Below, in pieces: positions 51,436-61,977 of a stretch of DNA of 64,000 nt (positions are counted from its first letter, which is position 1; every line of letters starts with the position of its first letter). Position numbers and translations under genes: made by a program. The notes beneath the pieces were generated by a model, which saw only the letters and a list, made by a program, of their open reading frames with translations, ran no database searches and was not told where the DNA came from. Location: assembly GCF_027483985.1 (NCBI RefSeq), contig NZ_JAIXTJ010000043.1:1400-65399 (forward strand), read 5' to 3'. The DNA is from Flavobacterium sp. GTDB taxonomy: Bacteria; Bacteroidota; Bacteroidia; Flavobacteriales; Flavobacteriaceae.

Positions 51436-51483
51436 TTGTTTTTTCCTATTTGTATTACAAAATGCGACAGCTAAGTATGTACT

Positions 51484-51514
51484 TTATCGATTTTTTTGGT
51501 AAATACATCGGTTT
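51484..51514 (+). promoter_or_regulatory. Putative LytTR-type direct repeat
   Basis: TTATCGATTTT (ATCG at 51486) and ACATCGGTTTT (ATCG at 51507), 21-bp period. Confidence 0.45.
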
Positions 51515-51588
51515 TGCATTTCAAGTGTTAAATTATTATTAATATTATTTATATCTTAACCCATTAATTAACCCAATTTTTTTAAATT

Positions 51589-54500
51589 ATGATGAATAAC
51601 TACAATTCTCTGAGTTATCGAATGTTTTCGAAACTCAGCTCGCAGGAGCCGGAAGTAGTTGGGAACTCTCCCAATACTCGAGGTAAAACGCGAACGTCGT
51701 GGTTTGTGAATTTGATTATGTTTATTGCCGTACTTTTAGTAGGTAATACCATTTACTCGCAAACTACTTTAATTAGTCCAGCTGGTGACGGAGGATTTAA
51801 TAATGGTGCAACATTTGCTGCAAATGGTTGGACTGTTTCGAATTCGGCTTCTGTAAATCAGTTTGTGGTAGGTACAGCTGTTTCAAGCGGTGCTATTACC
51901 GGTAATTCCGCATTCATTAGTAATACGGGAGGTACATCGAATGGTTATAGCAATGTGGACAATACATTAAACTATTTTTATAGAGATGTAACTGTACCAG
52001 CAGGTGAAAATGTTATCAATTTAACATTTAATTGGATTAGTAATGGTGAATCGACATGGGATGCTATCCAAGTTTTTGCAGCTCCAACTACTATTACGCC
52101 TGTAGGTACAACAACTTATCCTGGTAATGGTTTGGCGGTTGTGCCAGCAGGAATAGCAGGAGCTACTTTCGTAGGTTCTTGTAATCTAGCTACAACCACT
52201 CAATCGTCTACTTTCTACATTCCAGGATCTTTTTCGGGCACAACCTTTAGGTTAATTTTTGCGTGGAAAAACGATAATAGTACAGGTACTAATCCTGCAG
52301 GAACGATTGATAATATATCTCTTGTTTCAAGAACTGCAGCTACATTTGTTTCAGCTGCGACTGGAAACTGGTCTGCTGGCGCTACTTGGGTCGGTGGTAT
52401 TGCCCCAACACCAATTGATAGTGCTATTATTTCTAATGGTCATACAGTTACTATTGATGCTACTGGATTGTCTATCAATAATTTAACAATTGGAGGTGGA
52501 GCATCTGGTATCTTGACATACGGTACAACTCCAACAGCTTTTAGTGTTAATGGTAGTCTTACGGTTTCTACAGGAGGATTATTTAACGTATTTAATGGTA
52601 CCACTGGTAAAACACTAAATGTAGCTGGTAATATAGTAAATGATGGAAGGATCGATGTTTCTGTGGGGACAACAACTGCTGGGCAATTGGTTCTTAATGG
52701 TAGTACTGTTCAAAGTGTTACCGGTTCTGGTGCTTTTGGTGGTACAGTTACTGCAACAGGCACAACCAATACAGCAGGTGTTATTAGAAATTTAGTTTTT
52801 TCTAATACAAACATTGCTACTCCAAATGTTAATTGGTCTTTTAATAACATACGCGTTGCGTATAATTTAACGTTAACTGCTGCTAGAATTAATTTAGGAA
52901 CTAATAAATTAGTTTTTGGTAATTATGCTGCTGGAAATACATTAACAGCTGCTGTCGGCACAGGTTTCTTGCCTGGTGCTAGATTTGCTCGATGGTGGAC
53001 AACATCTGCTGTAGGAACTACCGTTACTGCAGGGAGTGATCCTACAGGAACAACTAGTAGGTATCCATTTTTAACGGCTTCTGGTGCTACTAGAGCGATG
53101 TATATTTCAAGATCTTCTGCTACTGTAACAGGTAATACTGCTGGAGAATTGACTGTTGCATATGCTGATGCTACTACTGTAACTTCTGGTTTGTCAGTAG
53201 TTGACGGTACTTATACTATTACTGACCGTTATGATGGTAATTGGACTGTAACGGCTGAAGCTGGTTATGTTTATGCTTCTGGAACACATACTGCTGTAGC
53301 TTTAGCTAATGGTTCATATGTTGGGTCAAATGGAAATTCTCGCATTATGTTGGCTTCTGGTCCTTTTGGTGGAACACATCAAAACGGTACAGTTACCCCA
53401 GGTGCTCAACGAATAGGTTTAACTACTGCACAATTAACAGCTGGTGCTTTATACGTTGGAGCTAATACTGCTGATATTTCTCAACCATGTGCCGGAACTC
53501 CATCTGGAGGAACAGTGTCTGCTTCGAACATTTCTGCATGTAATGGCATTGTTCCATCTCCAGTTACTGTTTCTGGATTTTCAACAGGAGTTACAGGTAT
53601 TACTTTGCAATGGGAAGAGTCTGATGATAATGGTGTTGCAGATGCTTGGGCAAATGCCGTAGGAGGTTCTGGGGCTCTAACTGCTACTTATACCCCACCT
53701 ATTTTAACTGGTACGCGTTATTATAGATTGAAAGTTACTTGTTCAAATTCAGGTTTATCAGGATTTTCTAATGTTGTAACGTATTCACTAGTAGGTTGTG
53801 ATTTCAATGTAGCAAGAAGCACTGGAATTACCTTCAATTCAATTCAAAGTTCGGGTACTGCTTTAACAGGCTTTAGTTCTTTAGATGATAGTAGTTCATC
53901 TGCCACGAATATTGGATTTAATTTCTTTTATAAAGGAACAAATTATACACAATTTGTTGCTAATACCAATGGTTTTATTGGACTAGGTTCTTCAACAAGT
54001 TCATCATTTACAAATAGCTTATCTACTGGTGTTAATATCATAGCTCCGTTTTGGGATGATTTATTTGTTACTGGTGGAGTTCCTGTTGCACAGATAGGTA
54101 CTTTTATTAAATATCAATTAGATGGTGTTGCACCGAATAGAGTGCTTACTGTTGAATGGATTGGAATGGAGCGATTTTCTTATCCTGGTCCTAACTTGAA
54201 TTTTCAGGCAAAATTGTATGAAACTTCAAATAAAATTGAGTTATTATATGGTTCGATGGAATCTCAAAATGGTACTACACCTAATTCAAATGTTACACCT
54301 TATACCTATTCCGTTGGTTTAGCTGGTCCATCTGGGACTGGTACTTTCAGAACGTTAGCGTTGTTAGGTGAAAACTCTGTTGCTTTTGGAGCAACTGATC
54401 CAACATCATTAGCAGTTGATACAGAGTGTAATTCAAAATATACGTTTGAAGCAGCGACAGCTTTTTCAGGAACATCGACTTTTGCTTACACAGCTCCTGT

Positions 54501-57500
54501 CAATGATAATGTAGCTGGTGCAATTTTACTACCAGTAAATTCATCACCATGTGTTAATTTATGTGGTACTTATTATACTACCGGCAGTGCAACTGCATCA
54601 CCACAGCCCTCTACGTGCACCACTGCACCGGATGATGACGTTTGGTTTAGCTTTGTTGCACCTGCTTCAGGTCAAGTTACAATTTCTGTAAAAGGCGCTA
54701 CTGGTTTTGATGCCGTAGTTTCATTGACAGACAATTTATTTGCAAATCTTGCTGGTTTTGGTTGCGTTAATGCAACTACAGGAGCCACTAATTTTGGTCA
54801 AACTGAAACCTTAGATCCGGTTGGATTAACTCCAGGAGCTACTTACTACCTTAGAGTTTCTCATAATGGAAGTGGATTTGGAACAAGATCAGGTTTTTCT
54901 ATATGTGTGAGTGATTCACTTATTGCTAATCCATTGAATGATAATCCTTGTGGTGCTGTTGTTATAACACCTGGGGCTTTATCAACCTGTAATGCTTATG
55001 TTGATACAACAGCTCCTTCATCGTCTGTAAGTAGCACAACAAGTTTAATTGGTGCTACCTTCACTACAACAAATGGTGTTGTTGCTCCAGCTTGTACAGG
55101 TGCTAGTTCTCCAATAAGAGATGTTTGGTTCAAGTTTACAGCTTCTTCTACAACGCATGGTGTAACAGTTACTGCTGTTCCTGGATTTGACGTTGCAGTT
55201 GAAGGATTCAGTGCAGCTTCAGGTACTTGCGGTACTTCTGACCTACTATTGACGCCACTAGGTTGTGTTAATGGAGTAGGTACAGGAGGTACAGAACAAG
55301 TTATCTTTACAACTGTTGCTGGTACAGATTATTATTTAAGAGTTTACCGTCATCCAGCAGGATTTTCAGGTGCTCCTGTTAATAATAGTCAGTTTTCAAT
55401 TTGTGTTTTCAGTCCTGCGCCAGTTTGTACGACTAATTCTTCACCAGCAAATGCTGCAACAGGTGTGAGTATTACTCCAACATTAACTTGGGCTGCAGCT
55501 ACCTATGCAACAAGTTATGATATTTATTTAGGTACTGTTTCAGGACCAACCACATTATTAGCTAATTCTACAACTACATCTTATACTGTAACTCCTGCTC
55601 AAGCATTATTAGGTTTGACGCAGTACTTCTGGTATGTTGTTCCTAAAAATGCTAACGGTGCTCCAACTTGTGGTGCTTTAAATCAAACTAGCTTTACAAC
55701 ACAAACTGCATGTACTGTTCCGTCAGGATTGACAGCTACAGGATATTCAACTGCTTCGAATACGGTAAATTTAGCTTGGTTAGCTCCAACTATCGGTTCT
55801 TCACCACTTGGTTATGAATATGCAGTTACCAATTCTGCCACTCCACCAACTTCTGGAACTTTTACTACTGATTTAAATTTATCAGGATTTAGTGTTATGC
55901 CAGATTTGACTTATTATTTACACGTAAGGACTGCTTGTACACTTGGTTCAGATTACAGTTCTTGGGCTTCTATATCTTTCATAACAGGATATTGTCCATC
56001 TACAGGTGGTGCTTCCGCGTCTTACTACATTAATAATTTTTCAACGACTGGTGGTATCGCTAATATTTCTAATTTGAATACAGGCTTAGCGGCTAATGGT
56101 TATCAAAATGCTACTGCACAATTTGTTTCTCAAGTTGCTGGAGGTACTGTTAATTTTGCTATCACATCAGATACAGGTCTATCAGATTATGGTTATGCGA
56201 TTTTTATTGATTGGAATAATGATTTAGATTTCACTGATGCAGGTGAAACAGTTTATAATTCTGGTGAGTATTTATTTGGTACGTCTGGAAATTTTGTTGT
56301 TCCAGCGGGTCAGGCTTTAGGAAACTATCGCATGAGAGTTGTATCTAACTTTTTAGCTACTTCGCCATCTTCTTGTAATACGGCTATTTCAGGTGAGACA
56401 GAAGATTATACTTTTAGAGTTGTGCCACAACCTATTGTAATAGCTAGTTTTACTCCAATTGATACTTGCGAATATGACTTAAGTACAACAGTTGTAACTT
56501 TAACAGGTTCAAACTTTACTAATGCAACTTCGGTTACATTAAATGGTACTTCTGTAGCTTATACAGTTGTTAATAATACTACAATTACAGTTACGTTAAG
56601 TTCTGGTTTAACTACTGGCACTTTTACGGTTACTAATGCTCTAACATCAGGTACAAGTTCAGCTGTTTTCACAGTTAAAACTGCTCCTGTAATCAATCCT
56701 ATTACTGGAGGAGATTCTTTATGTATGCCGGAAACTTTGACGCTTGCAACTACTACACCAGGAGCCATCTGGTCTTCTGCTAATCCATCAATCGCTACTG
56801 TTGTTGGTGGTGTTGTAACAGGTGTTTCAGCTGGTCAAGCTACAATTAATTTAAGTTTAACTATAGATGGTTGTACAACTACAATTTCTAAAGTTATTAC
56901 TGTTAATGAGCCGATAGCTAATTTAACTTCGCCTCAAAATGTTAGTACTTTAACGGGAACAAATGCTGTCTTTAGTAGTTCTGCTACTGGTACAGGTGTT
57001 TCCTTTGTATGGCAAGAATCAACAGATGGAGGTTCTACTTTTGCTGATATTGTTATTTCTGCACCTTACAGTGTAGCTACAACTACTGCTTCTGGTGTAG
57101 TAACTTCGACTTTGACCATTACTGCTGTTCCAGGTGGTGATGCACCAGCTGGATATAATGGAAGATATTACAGAGCTAGAGTTTTAGCTACCGCACCTTG
57201 TTTAGATGTGTTGGAAGAAAACTTAGTTGCTGCTATGTTATCTGTAGGAAATACAGGTATCGTTCAAGGTCCAGTTTCCAATTCTCCAGCAATATGTAAC
57301 ACAGGTTCTACAAGTTTTTCAGTTCAAGCATCGGGTGATGTAGATGGTTACCAATGGTACTTGGATAGAAATGATGGAAATGGAGCTGTTTTAATTACTA
57401 ATGGTTTAGTAGCTAACGGCATTACTTATTCTATTTCTGCTTTTGATGTTACTCCGGGTTCACCAAGTAATTTAAATTCAACTTTATCCTTATCAGGTGT

Positions 57501-60500
57501 TGATTTTAACAATGGTGTTAATGGATATTTATATTATGTAGTAGTACAAGGTCCTGCTCAGAGTCCTAATACTATGTTAAATCCTGCAACTTTAAATGTT
57601 GGTGAAGGCGTTTCTATAAGCGAAATGAATCAACCAGTTAGTCTGACTAAGTGTAGACCTTTTGGTTCTGCTACTGATACCGCTCAATTTACTGTTACAC
57701 CATCTGGTTCAGTAGGAGTTATTCAATGGCAAGTGTACAATGGTACTGCTTGGGTAAATACAGGAGCTCCTGGAGCTACTTTAACTGTTAATTTAACTAG
57801 TGCTAATCAAGCTGGAGTTACTACTTATAGAGCTATGGTGAATGGTCAAGGATCTTGTCCAGAAATCTACTCAAATGAGGTTACTTTGACTTTATCGCAA
57901 CCTACAATTACTGTTACGCCAAGTTCTGCTAGCTACTGTGTTCCAGGTTCACCAGTAAGTTTGACTGCCTCTGGAGCATCAACTTATACTTGGTCTCCTG
58001 CTGCAGGTTTATCTGCAACGACAGGAGCTACAGTAACTGCTTCGCCTTCAGTTAATACTACTTATACCGTAGTTGGTACTGATGCTTCAGGTTGTATTAA
58101 TTCTACTACTGTAAATATTGTAGTAGGTGCTGCTGTTGGTGCGCAAGCAATAGCTTCTAATAACACAGTTTGTGCTGATGCCTCAGTTCAATTAACTGCA
58201 AATGGAAGTCAGTTATTTACAACACCAAGTGTTACTAATTATAATTTTACAGCTACTACTGGTGCATATACGCAAGTAAGCGCTGCAGCAACTCGATTAA
58301 CTACAGTAGAAGCTGATGCAGTAATCAGTGCTACTCAAAATATTGGATTTACATTCAATTATGGCGGAGTTAACTATACACAGTTTAAAATGTCTTCAGA
58401 TGGTTATATTTCTTTAAATCCATCTGCAACTAATACAGCTACAAATAATTTATCTACAGCGAATGCTGCTTTACGTCCAATTATTGCTCCGTTATGGGAT
58501 GATTTAGATGGTAAAGCCACAGGTGGTTCTTATGCTGGTTTCGAAGTAACAGGTATTGCTCCAAATAGAGTATTAACTGTTGAATGGAGAAACTGGGAGT
58601 GGAATTGGTTATCTTCTACACCAGTAATAAGCTTTCAAGCTAAGTTATATGAATCTAGTAATAGAATTGAATTTGCTTACCGCTCAGAAACTGGGGCAGT
58701 AAGTTCTGGTTCTGCTACGATTGGGATTGGTGCGCCAACGGGTAATGGTGCTAATAGTTACTTAAACTTGACTAGTGTAACAACACCAGCTGTTAGTAGT
58801 ACTACTTCAACTACAAGTTTAGCGGCAAAACCTGCAACAGGTACTGTTTATAGTTTTGTGCCAAATAACACGCCAACTTTCACTTATGCTTGGTCTTCAG
58901 TTCCAGCTGGATTTACTTCTACTGCAGCAAATCCAACAGTGAATCCAAACACAACTACAACTTATACAGTTGTTGTCTCTTCACCAAGTGGATGTTCTGC
59001 AATGGCCTCTACAACTGTAAATGTTGTTGATGGTGCAACAATTGCAACTCAACCTACAGCTTTGAGTCAATGTGCGGGAACACCAGCTACTTTCTCAGTA
59101 GTTGCTACAGGTCCGAGTTTGACCTACCAATGGCGTAAAAATGGTTTGAATATTTCAGGAGCGACTGCTGCTACTTATTCAATTCCATCTATTGTTGAAG
59201 CTGATGAAGCTTCTTATGATGTTGTTATTACTCCATTATGTGGTGCTGTAGTAATTTCTAATGCTGTTGCATTAGTTGTGAATGAAGTTCCAACTGCAGT
59301 AGCAACTGCGGGTAGTTTAACATGTGAGGGTACTACTTTAACTTTAACAGGTACTACAACAAACGGAACTATTTTCTCTTGGACTGGTCCAAATGGATTT
59401 ACTTCATCATTACAAAACCCAAGCATTTCTAATGTTACATTAGCGGCATCTGGAGTTTATAGCTTTACTGCTAGTACAGTTGATGGATGTTCTGCAACGG
59501 GTACAACTACTGTTACTGTAAGTGTAAACCCAGCACCAGTTGTAACTAACTCTGGTAGTTTAACAACTGCTTGTGTGGGTGAGATTAAAACTCTAACAGC
59601 CTCTGTTGCGCCTGCACCAGCCTCTACTAGTTTGTCTTTTGGTACGAACTTAGTATCATCAGGTACGGGAACTGCATCATTTCCAGTGACTTTGTCAGGT
59701 ATACCTGCTGGAGCTGTAATTACAGGTGCTCAGTTGGTATTGAATAATGTTGCTGCGATTGGTGCATCATGGAGAAGTGAAATTAGAGTAGCTTTATCAG
59801 GTGCTTATACCTTAGCTCCAACGCAAATATCAACTTTAGGATCTGGTGGTACCATTACACCTAATCCGGTTATTAATTTAGCTGGATTTAATGCTACGTC
59901 TGGTGTCGTAAATTTATTATTGACTGAAACCCTTGATGATAGTGGTGATGATGCAACTTTTGGATCTGTTCAATTAGTTGTTAATTATCAAATTGTTTCA
60001 GGAATTGTTTGGTCTCCAACAGCTGGATTGTATACTGATATTGAAGCTACTGTACCTTATACAGGAACTCCAACAAATACTGTATACTCTAAAATTGATG
60101 CGCCTGTTACTTATACAGCAACAGCTTCTACACCAGCAGGTTGTAGTAGAGGCACTGCGAAATCATTTACCATTGCTACTTCTGGATGTCCAGCGACAAC
60201 TACTCTTGCTCCAGCAAGTTGTGGTGTTACTTTAGCAGGCTGGTATTCAACAGTTACTGCTACTTGGTATAATTTTGCTCAAGGGTATAAATTTAGAATT
60301 ACTAAAGTTGATAATGTAACTAATGTGCCACTTGCAAATCCAATTGTAATTGAGCGTCCAGTTAATAATATTTCGTTATCTAACGTACCGAATACTACTT
60401 ATAATTCTCGCTATATGTTTGAAGTTTCTGTTAAATTAAATGGTGCTTATCAGCCTTTCTATGGCGCACCATGTTATGTAAACACACCTAATCCAGTATC

Positions 60501-61365
60501 TACTATTGGAGCACAGTGTGGTACTACATTGACTACAATGAACCAGTTTATTTCAGCTACAGCTATACCAAACGTTACGGCTTATAGATTTAGAGTGACT
60601 AGAGTAGTAGGTGGTGTTCCAACAGGAGCTTCGCAAGAAACTACTCAACCGTCTAATAAATTTAATATGACCCAATTGAGCGGTATTTTATTTGCAAGTA
60701 CTTATAGAGTAGAGGTTTCGTTAAGAAACACTGATGGTACTTTCTTACCATATAACGTACCTTGTGATATCAATACACCAGCTTATCCTACTACACAAGT
60801 AAGAACGGTTCAGTGTAATAACTATCAAGTAGTAAGTAACTCTGAGTTAATTATTGCAGATGGTGTAGCAGGTGCTACTCAGTACCGTTTCAGAGTTTAC
60901 GATGGAGCAGGATATGATACGTTCTATGATAATACGATTAACCGTTTTACATTGAATAATTTCCCTGGATTAATTCCAAATGGTGAACTTTATTCTGTAC
61001 AAGTTGCGGTTAGATTACCAAACGAACCAGACTTTGGTCCTTTTAGCAAAGTGTGTACTTTTAGAACACCAATGCAAGCAAGAACTATTAGAGATGATGT
61101 ACAATTAGAAGTGGCAAATACTTTTGAGGCTTTGGCTTATCCAAACCCATTTGCAGCTAACTTCAAGTTGGATGTTAAAACTAACAGCGAAGCAAGTATC
61201 CAAGTTAGAGTTTATGACATGATTGGAAAATTAGTAGAAGATCGAATGATAAATGCTTCTGACATTCAAGAATTTGAATTAGGAAACCAATATCCTTCAG
61301 GAGTTTACAACGTGATTGTATCTCAAGATGCTAATACTAAAACATTACGTGTTATTAAACGATAG
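51589..61365 (+). CDS. Giant T9SS type A surface protein (3258 aa): beta-helix-like segment, two DVWFxF domains, FN3, GEVED, IPT, Ig domains, three CGxTL...YRFRV repeats
   Basis: [20 protein letters not shown] and [19 protein letters not shown]...GETEDY, C-terminal AYPNPF...GVYNV...RVIKR. Confidence 0.88.
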   Translation: MMNNYNSLSYRMFSKLSSQEPEVVGNSPNTRGKTRTSWFVNLIMFIAVLLVGNTIYSQTTLISPAGDGGFNNGATFAANGWTVSNSASVNQFVVGTAVSSGAITGNSAFISNTGGTSNGYSNVDNTLNYFYRDVTVPAGENVINLTFNWISNGESTWDAIQVFAAPTTITPVGTTTYPGNGLAVVPAGIAGATFVGSCNLATTTQSSTFYIPGSFSGTTFRLIFAWKNDNSTGTNPAGTIDNISLVSRTAATFVSAATGNWSAGATWVGGIAPTPIDSAIISNGHTVTIDATGLSINNLTIGGGASGILTYGTTPTAFSVNGSLTVSTGGLFNVFNGTTGKTLNVAGNIVNDGRIDVSVGTTTAGQLVLNGSTVQSVTGSGAFGGTVTATGTTNTAGVIRNLVFSNTNIATPNVNWSFNNIRVAYNLTLTAARINLGTNKLVFGNYAAGNTLTAAVGTGFLPGARFARWWTTSAVGTTVTAGSDPTGTTSRYPFLTASGATRAMYISRSSATVTGNTAGELTVAYADATTVTSGLSVVDGTYTITDRYDGNWTVTAEAGYVYASGTHTAVALANGSYVGSNGNSRIMLASGPFGGTHQNGTVTPGAQRIGLTTAQLTAGALYVGANTADISQPCAGTPSGGTVSASNISACNGIVPSPVTVSGFSTGVTGITLQWEESDDNGVADAWANAVGGSGALTATYTPPILTGTRYYRLKVTCSNSGLSGFSNVVTYSLVGCDFNVARSTGITFNSIQSSGTALTGFSSLDDSSSSATNIGFNFFYKGTNYTQFVANTNGFIGLGSSTSSSFTNSLSTGVNIIAPFWDDLFVTGGVPVAQIGTFIKYQLDGVAPNRVLTVEWIGMERFSYPGPNLNFQAKLYETSNKIELLYGSMESQNGTTPNSNVTPYTYSVGLAGPSGTGTFRTLALLGENSVAFGATDPTSLAVDTECNSKYTFEAATAFSGTSTFAYTAPVNDNVAGAILLPVNSSPCVNLCGTYYTTGSATASPQPSTCTTAPDDDVWFSFVAPASGQVTISVKGATGFDAVVSLTDNLFANLAGFGCVNATTGATNFGQTETLDPVGLTPGATYYLRVSHNGSGFGTRSGFSICVSDSLIANPLNDNPCGAVVITPGALSTCNAYVDTTAPSSSVSSTTSLIGATFTTTNGVVAPACTGASSPIRDVWFKFTASSTTHGVTVTAVPGFDVAVEGFSAASGTCGTSDLLLTPLGCVNGVGTGGTEQVIFTTVAGTDYYLRVYRHPAGFSGAPVNNSQFSICVFSPAPVCTTNSSPANAATGVSITPTLTWAAATYATSYDIYLGTVSGPTTLLANSTTTSYTVTPAQALLGLTQYFWYVVPKNANGAPTCGALNQTSFTTQTACTVPSGLTATGYSTASNTVNLAWLAPTIGSSPLGYEYAVTNSATPPTSGTFTTDLNLSGFSVMPDLTYYLHVRTACTLGSDYSSWASISFITGYCPSTGGASASYYINNFSTTGGIANISNLNTGLAANGYQNATAQFVSQVAGGTVNFAITSDTGLSDYGYAIFIDWNNDLDFTDAGETVYNSGEYLFGTSGNFVVPAGQALGNYRMRVVSNFLATSPSSCNTAISGETEDYTFRVVPQPIVIASFTPIDTCEYDLSTTVVTLTGSNFTNATSVTLNGTSVAYTVVNNTTITVTLSSGLTTGTFTVTNALTSGTSSAVFTVKTAPVINPITGGDSLCMPETLTLATTTPGAIWSSANPSIATVVGGVVTGVSAGQATINLSLTIDGCTTTISKVITVNEPIANLTSPQNVSTLTGTNAVFSSSATGTGVSFVWQESTDGGSTFADIVISAPYSVATTTASGVVTSTLTITAVPGGDAPAGYNGRYYRARVLATAPCLDVLEENLVAAMLSVGNTGIVQGPVSNSPAICNTGSTSFSVQASGDVDGYQWYLDRNDGNGAVLITNGLVANGITYSISAFDVTPGSPSNLNSTLSLSGVDFNNGVNGYLYYVVVQGPAQSPNTMLNPATLNVGEGVSISEMNQPVSLTKCRPFGSATDTAQFTVTPSGSVGVIQWQVYNGTAWVNTGAPGATLTVNLTSANQAGVTTYRAMVNGQGSCPEIYSNEVTLTLSQPTITVTPSSASYCVPGSPVSLTASGASTYTWSPAAGLSATTGATVTASPSVNTTYTVVGTDASGCINSTTVNIVVGAAVGAQAIASNNTVCADASVQLTANGSQLFTTPSVTNYNFTATTGAYTQVSAAATRLTTVEADAVISATQNIGFTFNYGGVNYTQFKMSSDGYISLNPSATNTATNNLSTANAALRPIIAPLWDDLDGKATGGSYAGFEVTGIAPNRVLTVEWRNWEWNWLSSTPVISFQAKLYESSNRIEFAYRSETGAVSSGSATIGIGAPTGNGANSYLNLTSVTTPAVSSTTSTTSLAAKPATGTVYSFVPNNTPTFTYAWSSVPAGFTSTAANPTVNPNTTTTYTVVVSSPSGCSAMASTTVNVVDGATIATQPTALSQCAGTPATFSVVATGPSLTYQWRKNGLNISGATAATYSIPSIVEADEASYDVVITPLCGAVVISNAVALVVNEVPTAVATAGSLTCEGTTLTLTGTTTNGTIFSWTGPNGFTSSLQNPSISNVTLAASGVYSFTASTVDGCSATGTTTVTVSVNPAPVVTNSGSLTTACVGEIKTLTASVAPAPASTSLSFGTNLVSSGTGTASFPVTLSGIPAGAVITGAQLVLNNVAAIGASWRSEIRVALSGAYTLAPTQISTLGSGGTITPNPVINLAGFNATSGVVNLLLTETLDDSGDDATFGSVQLVVNYQIVSGIVWSPTAGLYTDIEATVPYTGTPTNTVYSKIDAPVTYTATASTPAGCSRGTAKSFTIATSGCPATTTLAPASCGVTLAGWYSTVTATWYNFAQGYKFRITKVDNVTNVPLANPIVIERPVNNISLSNVPNTTYNSRYMFEVSVKLNGAYQPFYGAPCYVNTPNPVSTIGAQCGTTLTTMNQFISATAIPNVTAYRFRVTRVVGGVPTGASQETTQPSNKFNMTQLSGILFASTYRVEVSLRNTDGTFLPYNVPCDINTPAYPTTQVRTVQCNNYQVVSNSELIIADGVAGATQYRFRVYDGAGYDTFYDNTINRFTLNNFPGLIPNGELYSVQVAVRLPNEPDFGPFSKVCTFRTPMQARTIRDDVQLEVANTFEALAYPNPFAANFKLDVKTNSEASIQVRVYDMIGKLVEDRMINASDIQEFELGNQYPSGVYNVIVSQDANTKTLRVIKR

Positions 61366-61376
61366 TTTATAAGTCT

Positions 61377-61411
61377 TTAGTGATTAGTCCTTAGTGATTA
61401 GTCCTTAATTA
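61377..61411 (+). repeat. (TTAGTGA TTAGTCC)2 heptamer array after the 3258-aa gene
   Basis: 28 bp identical to part of the 44800 array. Confidence 0.88.
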
Positions 61412-61447
61412 GATTAACTTGTCCTTTGGACTCGAGGATTAAATAGA

Positions 61448-61478
61448 AAGCCCTTCCGGAAACGGAAGGGTTTTTTTT
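61448..61478 (+). terminator. Terminator with GAAA tetraloop
   Basis: CCCTTCCG-GAAA-CGGAAGGG followed by T8. Confidence 0.92.
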
Positions 61479-61695
61479 GTATTAAGATTGGAGTATTAAG
61501 TAGTAAGACTTTGGATTGTTGATTGAGGATTGAGGATTGAGGATTGAGGATTGTTGATTGAGGATTAAGGATTAAGGATTGAGGATTGAGGATTAAGGAT
61601 TGAGGATTAAGGATTGAGGATTAAGGATTGAGGATTGAGGATTGAGGATTGTTGATTGAGGATTGAGGATTGAGGATTGAGGATTGTTAATTGTT
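61479..61695 (+). repeat. Heptamer array GATT(GAG/AAG/GTT): 25 core units at 61514-61688 plus in-phase degenerate flanks
   Basis: Units counted by hand in an uninterrupted 7-bp register. Confidence 0.95.
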
Positions 61696-61758
61696 TTACT
61701 CGTCCTTTGGACTTGAAATGTTAGAAGAAGCTTTTTCGGAAATGGAAGGGCTTTATTT

Positions 61759-61845
61759 CACTTCGACAAGCTCAGTGACCGCACTTCTGCAAGCTCAGTG
61801 ACCGCACTTCGACAAGCTCTGTGGCCGCACTTTGGTAGGCTCAGT
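61759..61845 (+). repeat. Four tandem 23-bp REP-like units
   Basis: CACTTCGACAAGCTCAGTGACCG at 61759, with variants at 61782, 61805 and 61828. Confidence 0.88.
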
Positions 61846-61903
61846 TTAAATGTTTTGATGGGAGTTTTTTTGTTGTTACTTGTTTTTTTCTTTTTCATTG
61901 GTT

Positions 61904-61930
61904 AAAATCCCTATTTGTAGGGATTTTTTT
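61904..61930 (+). terminator. Terminator-like hairpin
   Basis: AAAATCCCTA-TTTG-TAGGGATTTT followed by a T run. Confidence 0.75.
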
Positions 61931-61977
61931 TGGCATTTAAAAAGTGAATTTTGTTATAACATTTAAATCCTATAACT

